Below, piece after piece: positions 26,661-37,403 of a DNA stretch of 64,000 nucleotides. The notes beneath the pieces are model-generated. The model was not told where the DNA came from. It ran no database searches and saw only the letters and a program-made list of their open reading frames with translations. Made by a program: the position numbers and the translations under genes. The number at the start of each line of letters is the position of its first letter. Positions within the stretch are counted from its first letter, which is position 1. This stretch comes from an uncultured Bacteroidota bacterium. GTDB taxonomy: Bacteria > Bacteroidota > Ignavibacteria > Kryptoniales > JAKASW01. The stretch lies in NCBI GenBank assembly GCA_963768145.1, contig CAVYHK010000012.1, forward strand, positions 10,193 to 74,192, read 5' to 3'.

Positions 26661-29600
26661 ATGAAAAATCAACGGACAATGGTTGTGGCATTTGTGCTGT
26701 CCATTTTGGTAAGCGCGAATTTTACTTTTGGCCAGAATAACTCTAATGCTCACATGCTGGAGCAGATGGAGCAATCCGAAAAAGAGTACGCGGCAAGAAC
26801 AAACGATGAAAGGAAATTAGACGAACCGACATATGAGCTTCTCCGAGATGCTGAAAGAGCCGATACGTCCGTCGAGGCAAGACAAAGATTTAGATTTGCC
26901 CTTGATCATGATAAGGACTTTAAGACCGATTCAAAAGACCGGGTTAGAATAGAACTCGGAATAAGACCAAGATCAGAACAAGCAAATGTAGAAACGGTCA
27001 TACTATCTTTGGATGGAGTAGTAGTGTTTGCTGCAAAGGATTTTGGGTATATTCTATGTCAGATCCATCCTAAGAACTTGCGCAAATTGGCCTCTATTCC
27101 TGCAGTCGTAAGCATAGATATTCCAGTTGGACCGCATTATAAAAGCGTGACGAGTGCCGGAGACATGCAATTGAAAGCGGATTCTGCTCGTATGCAGTTT
27201 TCAGTCGGTGGCTTGGGCGTTAACGTCGGTGTAATAAGTGATGGAGTTGACAATTGGCAGGACGCAAAGAACAATTTTGAATTGCCTGATATGACTGGAA
27301 AAGTACTGGATGCTGGAAGTGGAAACGAGGGAACGGCCATGCTCGAAATAGTCCATGATCTTGCACCCTATGCAACTTTGTGGTTTTGCAGCTCAGGTGA
27401 AACCTATGTAACCTTTGCAAATGCAGTTAAGACACTGAGTTCTAACGGATGCAAGATCATAGTTGACGATGTTGGCTTTCTCAATGAACCGTATTTTACC
27501 GATGAAGATGATACATTGGGAGCTGCTATACGTAATTTCCTGAGCAGCGGCGGGACATTCGTTTCTGCCGGAGGCAACGATAATTATTCCATATACAACG
27601 ATCCGGATGGATATTCTGTTTTTTCAGGGACGACAAATATTGGCCCGGGGAATCTCAATGTGTTTCCTAACAGTCAGACCACACTTGATTTTACGGTAAA
27701 CGCAAACTCTACTCAAGTAATATTTTTTGAGTGGGCAACATCGTGGAAGCATCCATTATCGGATTACAATTTGTATGTTTATGATGAAAGTGGCACTCAG
27801 GTCACACAAAGTGAGATAGCGCAGTTTCAGAATGGTTCGTATCCACCAAGGGAACGAGTCAATGTGCAAAATACAACATCGAGCACAAAATTGTACACGC
27901 TTTCGATTAAATATTATTCCGGGACTTCTACACCGGTTGATTTTAAGATAGTCTCTAATGCTTTTGCTGGCAAGCTCAGCAACATGGACACAGACAACAG
28001 ACACCTTTACGGACATCCATGTTATCCCAAAGTGATTGGGGTTGCCGCGTACGATGCTGAATTACCGGATCAGATGGCGACGTACAGCTCGGGTGGACCA
28101 CTGACAATGTTCTCTACTCTATCGAATCAATGGAGCTCGGAAAATACACCACTTGTCACAGCAACCTCCGGTGTCTCCACTTGGGTTGGCAACAATCCTA
28201 CTGGAAACCCATATTGGCCTGACGGCTATCCTTTGTTTTATGGTACATCGGCGGCTGCGCCTCACATCGCTGCCATTGCCGCACTTTATTTCAACGCATT
28301 TCTTACTCGAACACGGGACAATTTTATTACTGACCTCGAAAGCAGCGCGGCTCCGATCGAAGGAAAGGGAGGAAACGGTTCTTGGGACGCGAGAGCTGGA
28401 TACGGGAAAGCAAATGCGCTTGCTTGTCTCAAAACCGCCCAGGCCGGAGGGTCTCTGCCTCCTCCCGGCACGCCGACCATTATCGTGAACAGTATGAGCT
28501 CGACCCAAATACCAAATGGCCAAACAACAGTTACGGTCACGGTGACTTTCAGTAATCAATTGGAATTTGGTACGACAAATTACCCTAACCCGCGATTGGG
28601 AGTAGAAATAGATGGCGTATGGAGCGATAGCATTGTACTTAGCCCCGCCACCCCAGGTGTGCACAGTTTTTCATATCCTTTTGCGATAGGAAGTCACACA
28701 ATCTACTTTCAGCAGACGGAGAACGACAAGACAGAATGTCCTAATTCTCCAATAGACTGTACGTCTATTATTACCACGGCGACGGCGACAAAAACATTCA
28801 GTGTTACTTGGGCTCCAATCACCGTGACCCTTGACCAGAAAACACAGGAAGGCGGTCGTGTCGGTGTGTTGCAGGTATGGAATAGCACTTCATTCAGCGC
28901 GCCTTTCTCACCGGGGGCAACACCAAGCTATCCGAAATACTCTACACAAACCTTTCGTGGCGACACTAATGTAATTTCGGGAGAGAAATACAATAACTGG
29001 AACAGCTTGCCGGATGTAACAAACCACCACAGCTTTTATGTCGATGGAGGTGCAACCACTTTTCTGTCAAACTTCAACCACGTGGCCGATGCAACCCTTC
29101 AGGCACAGCTCATCGACGGCGGCAATCCGGGTGGGACTTTGAACTTCCTCGATCCATGGCGCAGAGATACGACAGACAGCTACGGTCTGCGCAACAAGGG
29201 AATGTCAGACTGGGCAAGACCTGTAAATTATTCACAGAACAATATCGGACTTAATTCGCCGGACAAAGGTGTGCTCTTGGGCCAGGACCCCAATAAAGTT
29301 CCTACATACTATACCGTCTCCGCTCCAGCGACGCAGACGAATGTAAACGGCTACACCGGATATTTTCAAAACTGGAGCGCACCGGGAGGGAAGGCTCATT
29401 TTCAAAATTCTTCTGCACTGCAGACGGCGGTGGCGTTTGACTCGGCAGGGGCTGTGGTTACCGCTCTTTACAAGGGCCATCTTGTATCGAGCTTTTCCTC
29501 AGCCGCAGGCATAATGAGCCAGAGGAAGATAGTGACGGACGCTGCAGGCGGGATTGACCTGTTCTACGAATCGGGAAACAAAGGCTGGTGGACGCGCTCC

Positions 29601-31334
29601 ACAGATAACGGCTTGACCTGGACCCAGGAAGACACCTTAAGCAGCGCTTCGGCGTCACACGAGCCCTCAGCCTGCGCGGGTGGAAACTATGTTTTTGTCA
29701 CGTGGTCCGAAATAGGTAGTTATAACGGAAATGTTTGCGTGAAAAGGATAATGCCGGCAAAACCCTACACCACCGCGATTCGAAGGACGATAGGCACTTT
29801 TGACTATTCCTATCCAGGTGTGCCCGTGATTGCAGCTTCAAGCGATGGAAAGAAAATACTCGTGGTGTACAGATCGGATTACGACCTTTACTATAGCCTA
29901 TCTTCGGATAGCGGATTGACGTATTCTAGTATTACAAGTCTTCTCGAAAGTTCGGGACTCCCTGAGCCCGCTTCGATAGCGTACAATCCGTCGAATAGCA
30001 AGTTCTACCTTGCCACGGACGACGGTGTTAATGGTCATCTTTATAGTTTCAACGGCACGAGCTGGTCAGACGAAGGGAGTACTCCACTTGTCAGCGCTAT
30101 CGGCTACGTAAGTCAATCGCCGCAGGTCGCTGTAGATGGGGCAGGCGTAGTCCATTTAGTATGGATCGGGTTTGACGAAGTACACAACCGCTATGTCGTC
30201 CTCTACTGTAGCAAGAACGGAACGACATGGTCTCAGGTAACGCAGTTTGTTGATGGGAACGGCTACCAGCCAGCAAGCGCATCGATTTCCGGACACAATG
30301 ATTCAAACGGCGGAGCGTCTGTTCTCTATGCGGACGCAGGCGGGTACATAACCAATCCCTACAGAATGACATCGGCAGGAACATGGTACACGTTGTCTAA
30401 CCATTATACTACGTCTGTATATTGTCCCAGTCTACTTGAGAAATCGACGCCGAGTGCGGTAAAGTCCATAACCGGAAAGAATTCGTCTCAGCCGTATGCG
30501 CTATCCTTCGAATCGAGGGACAATAGCAAACTGTGGGGTGAAAAGATTTCTTATACCGAGGGAGTAAATCCGGTTCATCCGGCATTCACAAAAGTGTACA
30601 AGGTCTTGTCATTGACGGATGACAACAACAAATCCAACGCGATCATCGAGGTCGGGAATGTGCAAGTGGCTGGCAGTCAGATAGGCTTCTCGCCGGAAGA
30701 TGCTTCGATGTCGACACTTCCTTTTAACGTTACAGCGGGTAGCGGTCAATTTGAATTAAGCGTGGAGTCGAGCGAGTGGAACGGGACGCTATATGGCTTT
30801 GCATCCATTACCGACACCGCGGCAAAAGCGTCCACCGCAAACGTAGCGAGGTTAGGTTTCAGCGACAGCGTAAATTTCAGGCAATTGTACAAGTTTAACA
30901 CGGTTGGAATCTCAAAAAGGCTTTCCTTCGACGTTTCGGCCTCTTCTGCCGATGCCCTGGACAGGATATATTCCAATCTGCTCGTAATAAGCGATACGAC
31001 AAAAGCTAATGATAATATTCAGAAGGACTTTGCATCCAATCAGGGCGAGGTTCCGGTGGAATACGGACTAACTCAGAACTATCCAAACCCATTCAATCCA
31101 TCGACAGTGATTAGCTATCAGCTGCCGAAAGATGGGCAGGTCATATTGAAAGTGTACGACATTTTGGGTAGGGAAGTAAAAACGCTGGTCAATCAAGATG
31201 AGCCTGCCGGGTACCATCAAGTAACGCTTGACGGAACACATCTCTCAAGCGGGATCTATTTTTACAGAATATACATTTCAGGCAGCGATGGAAAGAATTT
31301 CGTCTCAACGAAGAAAATGATTCTCGTTAAGTAA
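26661..31334 (+). CDS. Secreted S8/S53-like subtilase with BNR-like propeller and T9SS C-terminal sorting domain
   Basis: VGVISDG, NEGTAMLEIVHDLAP, FYGTSAAAPH; Asp-boxes STDNGLTW and SSDSGLTY; C-terminal QNYPNPFNPST...LKVYDILGREV...GIYFYR...KKMILVK. Confidence 0.85.
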   Translation: MKNQRTMVVAFVLSILVSANFTFGQNNSNAHMLEQMEQSEKEYAARTNDERKLDEPTYELLRDAERADTSVEARQRFRFALDHDKDFKTDSKDRVRIELGIRPRSEQANVETVILSLDGVVVFAAKDFGYILCQIHPKNLRKLASIPAVVSIDIPVGPHYKSVTSAGDMQLKADSARMQFSVGGLGVNVGVISDGVDNWQDAKNNFELPDMTGKVLDAGSGNEGTAMLEIVHDLAPYATLWFCSSGETYVTFANAVKTLSSNGCKIIVDDVGFLNEPYFTDEDDTLGAAIRNFLSSGGTFVSAGGNDNYSIYNDPDGYSVFSGTTNIGPGNLNVFPNSQTTLDFTVNANSTQVIFFEWATSWKHPLSDYNLYVYDESGTQVTQSEIAQFQNGSYPPRERVNVQNTTSSTKLYTLSIKYYSGTSTPVDFKIVSNAFAGKLSNMDTDNRHLYGHPCYPKVIGVAAYDAELPDQMATYSSGGPLTMFSTLSNQWSSENTPLVTATSGVSTWVGNNPTGNPYWPDGYPLFYGTSAAAPHIAAIAALYFNAFLTRTRDNFITDLESSAAPIEGKGGNGSWDARAGYGKANALACLKTAQAGGSLPPPGTPTIIVNSMSSTQIPNGQTTVTVTVTFSNQLEFGTTNYPNPRLGVEIDGVWSDSIVLSPATPGVHSFSYPFAIGSHTIYFQQTENDKTECPNSPIDCTSIITTATATKTFSVTWAPITVTLDQKTQEGGRVGVLQVWNSTSFSAPFSPGATPSYPKYSTQTFRGDTNVISGEKYNNWNSLPDVTNHHSFYVDGGATTFLSNFNHVADATLQAQLIDGGNPGGTLNFLDPWRRDTTDSYGLRNKGMSDWARPVNYSQNNIGLNSPDKGVLLGQDPNKVPTYYTVSAPATQTNVNGYTGYFQNWSAPGGKAHFQNSSALQTAVAFDSAGAVVTALYKGHLVSSFSSAAGIMSQRKIVTDAAGGIDLFYESGNKGWWTRSTDNGLTWTQEDTLSSASASHEPSACAGGNYVFVTWSEIGSYNGNVCVKRIMPAKPYTTAIRRTIGTFDYSYPGVPVIAASSDGKKILVVYRSDYDLYYSLSSDSGLTYSSITSLLESSGLPEPASIAYNPSNSKFYLATDDGVNGHLYSFNGTSWSDEGSTPLVSAIGYVSQSPQVAVDGAGVVHLVWIGFDEVHNRYVVLYCSKNGTTWSQVTQFVDGNGYQPASASISGHNDSNGGASVLYADAGGYITNPYRMTSAGTWYTLSNHYTTSVYCPSLLEKSTPSAVKSITGKNSSQPYALSFESRDNSKLWGEKISYTEGVNPVHPAFTKVYKVLSLTDDNNKSNAIIEVGNVQVAGSQIGFSPEDASMSTLPFNVTAGSGQFELSVESSEWNGTLYGFASITDTAAKASTANVARLGFSDSVNFRQLYKFNTVGISKRLSFDVSASSADALDRIYSNLLVISDTTKANDNIQKDFASNQGEVPVEYGLTQNYPNPFNPSTVISYQLPKDGQVILKVYDILGREVKTLVNQDEPAGYHQVTLDGTHLSSGIYFYRIYISGSDGKNFVSTKKMILVK

Positions 31335-31344
31335 TGCGATGCTT

Positions 31345-31381
31345 TCGGAGGTGAGTCTGATTGGGCTTGCCTCCGAGTTTT
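31345..31381 (+). terminator. Rho-independent terminator after the subtilase gene
   Basis: TCGGAGGTGAGTCT-GATT-GGGCTTGCCTCCGA (with G-U pairs) followed by GTTTT. Confidence 0.65.
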
Positions 31382-31944
31382 CATTTCACCTCGTGCGGGA
31401 TTCTATTCTTCACCCAATCTTCAACTTCTATTTGCATCGCAACCTCGTCGCAAACGGGAAACTTCAAGCAATCGATACAAATGCTCCAGACTTTGTGTGG
31501 AAGCTGCTGCTTGTCGATAATCTTGAATCCAAGCCTTTCAAAGAAATGCGGCTTGTAAGTCAGTGCGAAGACATGTTTCAACCCAAGCTCTGACGCATCA
31601 CGCATGAGTGCTTCGACGACTTGCGTACCGAGTCCCCTTCCCAGTGTGTCCGGCTCGACTGCCAGGGAACGAAGCTCGGCGAGATCATTCCAGGTTATGT
31701 CTAGTGAGCCGCACGCGAGTATAGAGTCCGACGATTCCAGCGAAGAGTCTCCATTGTCATGATTGTTCAAGTTCGGACTGGCGGCTACAAAGTAGTTCCT
31801 TACTTGTTGAAGAACCTGGCTCTGCGATCGGTAAAGCATCTCTCCCTTTTCTGCATAGGAATTTATCAGCGAAACGATTTGCTGCACGTCACTGACCTTC
31901 GCACGACGCACTCTTGTATTTATGACTTTCCGATCAATATCCAA
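31381..31944 (-). CDS. Short ArgA-like amino-acid N-acetyltransferase (GNAT)
   Basis: LINSYAEKGEMLYRS, LAELRSLAV, VFALTY, LPHKVW..C..C.KFP.CDE. Confidence 0.85.
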   Translation of the reverse strand: MDIDRKVINTRVRRAKVSDVQQIVSLINSYAEKGEMLYRSQSQVLQQVRNYFVAASPNLNNHDNGDSSLESSDSILACGSLDITWNDLAELRSLAVEPDTLGRGLGTQVVEALMRDASELGLKHVFALTYKPHFFERLGFKIIDKQQLPHKVWSICIDCLKFPVCDEVAMQIEVEDWVKNRIPHEVK

Positions 31945-34624
31945 CTAAGGTATCCTCTCTCTTTGTAACCTTTATGTCTTGAAGTTGCGGAGCTTTTATT
32001 CTTATTTCAAGGTTAAAACCCCGATAGTATCCTATCGGGTTCCACCTCAAGTTCATTTCCCAGCAGTGTAAGTCGCGGTAGACTGTCACGGTTGGCACGA
32101 CAATCTGATGCTGGAGAATGTCATACCCGCCGTTTACCGTGATTTTCCAGTTTTCTGTCAGGTTGAACCCGAGCTGCATGTTAAAACTTGCAGTCTGTTG
32201 GAGTTCACTAGGAGCGGGTCTGGTTCGGCTGTAAACGACTCCAAGGCTGAGATTCCATGGTATGCTGAGATCGGGAGATTCAACCTGCTGATAGAATCCA
32301 TTATATTGCTGCAATGATTTTAATGAATCTTGCTGCGCGAGAGAATCCAAGGATCGAGGCTGCTGGCTTGATGCTGTTTTCTTCTTCTCGCCTTGGAACG
32401 AAGTATTAATGCTGAGTGAAAAGTCGGTCATGTCGGGCGCTTTCCCTTCTGACCACAAGAATTTGTTTACTCTACCCCCTGAAGCCGTATCATATTTGTA
32501 AAAGTTGAACGTTGCCCCTCCGCCGACGTCAAATTTCTGAGCGATATTTGTCCGGTAGCTCACTGAAAGCGGTGAAAGGTTCATCGAATCAGCGGCAAAG
32601 TTGTAAGCCGTGTTCAAGTCTAGATTGAGAAGCTGGATCTTGTTCTCGGTTTGAGACGTATCGCCCGATAGTGTTTTCATCTCGAAATTATTGCTGAGAT
32701 CGAAACTCGCCGCTCCGACAGTTCCGGACGGTGCTCCACCATAAATTCCCTGTGAGTAATAACTGTATTTTTGGTCAACGCCTTTGATTGTCGTATAATG
32801 TCCATAGTAGTTCCAGTTAGGTTTCGAAAAATCAGGCTGATAAGTAAACGTAATGCTTGGCTGCAACGTGTGCCTGAAAGCGGTGATCCCCCAAATGTTG
32901 GGCTGTATAATTCCAAAGAGTCTCGTGCTCGCGGAAACTCCGGTGCGGAAATATCCAATATTGTTGAAACCCGGTTGTTTTGCGTAAACGAGGCTGTCCT
33001 CCCCGTTAGAGCCCTGCAAATCCTCAGACACAATTGTACGTGAGCCGTACATCATGTCGGTTATTGACACGAAAGGAGAGATTGTGAAAAAGCCTGCCTT
33101 GGGGGACGCGCTGATCGAAACCGAATGCTGTGCGCCGTACAGACTCGATCTCGCAAAATCGCTGTCAGCAGCATTCCAACTCTTTTGTGTCTGGCTTACA
33201 AACTGTCCGCTGTATGAGTATCCGATCATCTCGTACCATGACAATTGATCGTTGAGATTGTCTGAATGTTCTGAGCTTTTGAATGGATAGCTCATCGAAT
33301 GTGAAAAACTCAAGCTCGGGAGCGTGGCAGAGATCGATCCGTTCTGAAGATTCTGATCCCTGTGAATATTGAGAGACAAGCTGTTGCCGGACTCTCCCCA
33401 ATTCTTATATAAAGAAGCGTCCGAAACAAGATTCTGCTGGAGAATTTGGTCGTAGTCAATGCTTGTAGTTCGGAAGTAATTGCTTGAGCTCATGTTGACG
33501 TTTGCGACAAGCTGCGTGCTCGGATCAATAGTCTGGTTATGCGTGAATTGAAGGTTCCAGTCTTTTTGAAGATTGTAACCCTGGGGCTCCGTTGCGGTAG
33601 GAACATCCCCGGACTGGCCGGTGTACCTGTAACTGTACGCTCCATAAATACTTCCGTTCAGATAATATCTCACATTGTATCTCAGTCCACTCTTAAGCAC
33701 ATACCCCCCGCGGGTGTACCAGTCTGCCGTAGCTGTCAAATCAGAATAGTCGTTTATTGCCCAGAAATAACCGAAATGAGAGAGGTACCTGCCAGCATCT
33801 GCGCTTTCGCCGAACGCTGGTGTAATTATGCCGCTCCGCCTCCCAGCCTTGCTTGGAAATACGCCGAACGGAAGCGCAAACACCGGCACGCCATCGAGAT
33901 AAAAAATTATCGGCTCCGCAACGATTCTGCCGTCGACAACCAGTTTCATTTTTGAACTCTGGAAATAATAATCAGGATCTTCTTTATCGCAAGTTGTAAA
34001 TCGACCATTGTCGATGAAGAGAACATCCTTCCCGAATTTCTTTATTAGTTCGCCATGATAATAACTTTTGTCGATCTCTGTATTTGCAACGTTGACCCTC
34101 CCTTTTTGGGTCTTGAAATCGTAGGTGACGTGAGAACTCTTGTAGACCTCTCCGCCATCGTTGAAGACCGGCTGTTCCACGATCTTGTCAGCACTGTCTT
34201 TCCGACCTTGCGCTGTAAGCAACGATGTATCCCAATCGATGTTGACCTGGCCGGCATTCAGCTTGAAATCCTTGTAGCTCATTTCCCCCTTTTTGTAGAG
34301 CGTCATCTGGCGGCTGTCAATGGAGTAGACGACCGAGTCAGTTGCACTGTACGTTACAACTGAATCAATCTCTTCTTTCGACGCGGTTGTATCCTTAACA
34401 GGGTTCTGAGAAATCTTCGTCGTGTCAGTTGCCGGGCTAGCCTTCGTGGTGTCTTGTCCCAGGGCGCTGAGATCCATTGAGAACGCTTGAAGTGTCGAAA
34501 AAGTAAAAAACAAGATTAATATCGGATAAGAATTCTTCACAACACATCTGATTCCGGATTCAGCCAACCCCAAGCGCGGGAGCATTGCGCGTGAGGTTCC
34601 GAATCTTTTCCAGATAGAGGACAT
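31934..34624 (-). CDS. lptD: LPS-assembly protein LptD family (start uncertain)
   Basis: OstA-like N-terminus (YSATDS, GRFTTCD, PVFALPFG) and C-terminal YRDLHCWEM barrel motif. Confidence 0.85.
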   Translation of the reverse strand: MSSIWKRFGTSRAMLPRLGLAESGIRCVVKNSYPILILFFTFSTLQAFSMDLSALGQDTTKASPATDTTKISQNPVKDTTASKEEIDSVVTYSATDSVVYSIDSRQMTLYKKGEMSYKDFKLNAGQVNIDWDTSLLTAQGRKDSADKIVEQPVFNDGGEVYKSSHVTYDFKTQKGRVNVANTEIDKSYYHGELIKKFGKDVLFIDNGRFTTCDKEDPDYYFQSSKMKLVVDGRIVAEPIIFYLDGVPVFALPFGVFPSKAGRRSGIITPAFGESADAGRYLSHFGYFWAINDYSDLTATADWYTRGGYVLKSGLRYNVRYYLNGSIYGAYSYRYTGQSGDVPTATEPQGYNLQKDWNLQFTHNQTIDPSTQLVANVNMSSSNYFRTTSIDYDQILQQNLVSDASLYKNWGESGNSLSLNIHRDQNLQNGSISATLPSLSFSHSMSYPFKSSEHSDNLNDQLSWYEMIGYSYSGQFVSQTQKSWNAADSDFARSSLYGAQHSVSISASPKAGFFTISPFVSITDMMYGSRTIVSEDLQGSNGEDSLVYAKQPGFNNIGYFRTGVSASTRLFGIIQPNIWGITAFRHTLQPSITFTYQPDFSKPNWNYYGHYTTIKGVDQKYSYYSQGIYGGAPSGTVGAASFDLSNNFEMKTLSGDTSQTENKIQLLNLDLNTAYNFAADSMNLSPLSVSYRTNIAQKFDVGGGATFNFYKYDTASGGRVNKFLWSEGKAPDMTDFSLSINTSFQGEKKKTASSQQPRSLDSLAQQDSLKSLQQYNGFYQQVESPDLSIPWNLSLGVVYSRTRPAPSELQQTASFNMQLGFNLTENWKITVNGGYDILQHQIVVPTVTVYRDLHCWEMNLRWNPIGYYRGFNLEIRIKAPQLQDIKVTKREDTLVGY

Positions 34625-34776
34625 GGACTGGCTTTCCGAGAAATGGAATGTCTGCCATTATACCGTGAACTATCACATCCACGTATCTTGGTGCAAAATC
34701 ATAAACAGGAAATTCCATTTGTCGGCATCGATTTCGTATTCAAACTTGAGATTTCTGTGACATTATCCACCTGCAT

Positions 34777-35724
34777 CTAGCTGTCGATCAGCGCCGCTGC
34801 ACCAAGGATCCCGGCAGAATTTTTCAGTTGTGCCTGCAAGATTTTCACCTTTGCTTTGATAGACGAGAGAACTCGAGCCTTGACTGTCCTCTCAATGGAA
34901 TCCATTAGCGGCCTTCCCGCCTTCGCAACACCGCCCCCAACAATTACAGCATCGATGTCAAACATGTTAAGTGCCGAAGCAACCGCAACTCCCACATACA
35001 TTCCGGTCTCATCCCAAATTCTAAGCGCGAACTTGTCTCCTGCATCTGCAGCTTCACTGATTAGTTTTGGCTCCAGCTTTTCCCCATTGCGTTTAACCAA
35101 CTCATTTATAATAGATTCAGGATGAGACTTCAGTTCTTCAAGAACTCTTTGTGAAAGGTATTTCTGTCCCACATAAGCTTCGACGCATCCATAGTTGCCG
35201 CAGTTGCAAAGTGGCCCATTGTAGTTGATCGTAATATGTCCGATTTCACCGGCTCCTCCGTTCTCGCCTCGAAAGACTTTCCCATCGACGATAAAACCGC
35301 CTCCCATTCCTGTTCCCAGAGTGATCATCACAAAATTTCTTAACCCCTTCCCGGAGCCGAATCTCAACTCCCCGACGGCGGCGGCATTTGCATCGTTTTC
35401 AACTCGAACGCACGCACCAACCAGCTTTGATGCCTCTTCACCCAAACGAAAGACGGTCCAGTTCGCAAAGTTCGGCGGATATTTCACGGTGCCGCCGTCA
35501 AGGTCTACAATTCCCGCCGATCCTATCCCGATCCCTAACAGCTGACTGTTGCTAAGCTTTTCTCTGATCGCCTCAACCGCACCAGCTATCCGGTAAACGA
35601 CTGCCTGCGGATTTATCTCAGCATTAGAGGGTATGGAGATTTGATGAAGGATCTCTCCTTCCTTTGATACAGCACCGGCTTTGATAAAGGTTCCTCCGAG
35701 ATCAACTCCAATAATGTAATCCAT
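34777..35724 (-). CDS. ROK-family sugar kinase (glucokinase-like)
   Basis: GVDLGGT, ENDANAAA, TLGTGMGGG, GEIGH, CNCGNYGCVE. Confidence 0.92.
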   Translation of the reverse strand: MDYIIGVDLGGTFIKAGAVSKEGEILHQISIPSNAEINPQAVVYRIAGAVEAIREKLSNSQLLGIGIGSAGIVDLDGGTVKYPPNFANWTVFRLGEEASKLVGACVRVENDANAAAVGELRFGSGKGLRNFVMITLGTGMGGGFIVDGKVFRGENGGAGEIGHITINYNGPLCNCGNYGCVEAYVGQKYLSQRVLEELKSHPESIINELVKRNGEKLEPKLISEAADAGDKFALRIWDETGMYVGVAVASALNMFDIDAVIVGGGVAKAGRPLMDSIERTVKARVLSSIKAKVKILQAQLKNSAGILGAAALIDS

Positions 35725-35752
35725 CTATATAAGTTTCTTTCTGTAGCTTAAG

Positions 35753-37126
35753 CTACTTTTTCCTTTTAGTCCAAATTGATTCGAGATATTTCTTCAAAAT
35801 AGATTCCCTGCCTATTTCAGTCGGTTCATAATATATTTTATCCTTGATTTCGTCGGGCAGATATTGTTGTTCGACGAAATGATTCTGGAATTCATGAGCG
35901 TACTTGTAACCTTTATGGTATCCAAGCTCTTTCATTAGTTTTGTCGGCGCATTTCTCAGATAAAGCGGTACGGGAAGATAAGGCACTTCACGCACATCGG
36001 CAGCCGCTTTTTCAATCGACATATACGACGCATTACTCTTAGGGCAGCTTGCCAGATACGTAGTTGCCTGAGCAAGCACGATTCGGGCCTCAGGCATACC
36101 GATGTAATCGACTGCCGTAAAACAAGCTGTTGCCAGAGTCAGGGCATAAGGTTCGGCATTTCCGATGTCTTCCGAGGCAAGGATGATGAGCCTTCTCGCA
36201 ATGAATTTTGGATCTTCTCCGGCCTCCAACATTCGTGCAAGATAGTAAACCGCCGCATCGGGGTCGCTGCCCCGCACGCTTTTTATAAAGGCTGAGATTG
36301 AATTGTAGTGTTCCTCGCCGGTTCTGTCGTATTTGTAGTGCCTTATTTGGTAAGCTTCCCGAACAATCTCGCGATTTATCTGGAAAGGAGTCTGCTTTCT
36401 GGCAAGATCAGTCGCCACTTCAAGTGCATTCAGCATTACCCTCGCATCTCCGCCGCTTAATCTAACCATTTCTTCTTCTGCATCTGGTAAAATAATGCGG
36501 TATTCTCCCGGTAACCCGCTAATTTCTTTGAAGACTTCATCCTGTTCAAGAGTACGATTAAGTATGGTCTTGAGTTCCTTCTCACCCAGGTTTTCCAGGA
36601 CATAAACTTGGCTTCTTGAGAGGAGGGGTGAGATGACCTCAAACGAGGGATTTTCCGTTGTTGCACCAATAAGGATTATAGATCCGTTCTCAACGCTATC
36701 GAGAAGCGCATCTTGCTGAGCCTTGTTGAACCGGTGAATTTCGTCGATGAAGAGTATTGTTCGCCTTCCCATCTCAAGAGATTTTTCGGCGGTGGAGATG
36801 ATTTCACGGAGTTCCTGCACGCCTGAAGAGACTGCGTTGATCTGGAAAAAGTCTGCCTGAAGTTTTCCCGCTATCAAACGCGCAAGAGTTGTCTTGCCGG
36901 TACCTGGCGGTCCCCACAGGATCATGGAACGCACATTTCCCGCGTCTAACATTTTTCGCAGAGTTCCGCTTTCTCCGACCAGATGGTCCTGTCCGACAAA
37001 TTCCTCAAATCTCCGCGGCCGGACTCTTTCAGCCAAGGGAATTGCAGCTCTTGGCGGAGAGAACAATCTCGATTCGCGCCCCTGAGAAGTTCGCTTAATT
37101 TGGCTGTACTTTGATGATTTTTTCAC
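35753..37126 (-). CDS. rarA: Replication-associated recombination protein A (RarA/MgsA)
   Basis: PLAERVRP, WGPPGTGKT, DEIHRFNKAQQD, SAFIKSVRGSD. Confidence 0.95.
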   Translation of the reverse strand: MKKSSKYSQIKRTSQGRESRLFSPPRAAIPLAERVRPRRFEEFVGQDHLVGESGTLRKMLDAGNVRSMILWGPPGTGKTTLARLIAGKLQADFFQINAVSSGVQELREIISTAEKSLEMGRRTILFIDEIHRFNKAQQDALLDSVENGSIILIGATTENPSFEVISPLLSRSQVYVLENLGEKELKTILNRTLEQDEVFKEISGLPGEYRIILPDAEEEMVRLSGGDARVMLNALEVATDLARKQTPFQINREIVREAYQIRHYKYDRTGEEHYNSISAFIKSVRGSDPDAAVYYLARMLEAGEDPKFIARRLIILASEDIGNAEPYALTLATACFTAVDYIGMPEARIVLAQATTYLASCPKSNASYMSIEKAAADVREVPYLPVPLYLRNAPTKLMKELGYHKGYKYAHEFQNHFVEQQYLPDEIKDKIYYEPTEIGRESILKKYLESIWTKRKK

Positions 37127-37403
37127 CGTTTCTATGCATAAAATACTTCTCTCGGGCTATCCGTTCAATTTCTTGATCGCTACTCTTCAGTTTTTGAATT
37201 TCCGTTTGTATCAGCGCATTCGCTTTGTCTAACTCTTGGATCTTCTTCTCAAGGGAAGATTTCTCGGTTTCGAGTCTGATCCGCTGGATTAACCCTCTCG
37301 AGTCGAAGAGCATATACACGAAACCAATCGATAAAAGCAGAAGAACAACCGCGGTTTTCTTCTTTATACCTCCTAAAAATCCGTGAAGATTTTTTGACCT
37401 CAT
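37095..37403 (-). CDS. ftsB: Septum formation initiator FtsB/DivIC
   Basis: TM helix, coiled coil, IERIAREKYFM..GE motif. Confidence 0.8.
   Translation of the reverse strand: MRSKNLHGFLGGIKKKTAVVLLLLSIGFVYMLFDSRGLIQRIRLETEKSSLEKKIQELDKANALIQTEIQKLKSSDQEIERIAREKYFMHRNGEKIIKVQPN

Noticed and set aside
34763..34771. DnaA-box-like TTATCCACC
   Set aside because: Single imperfect copy with no cluster or origin context
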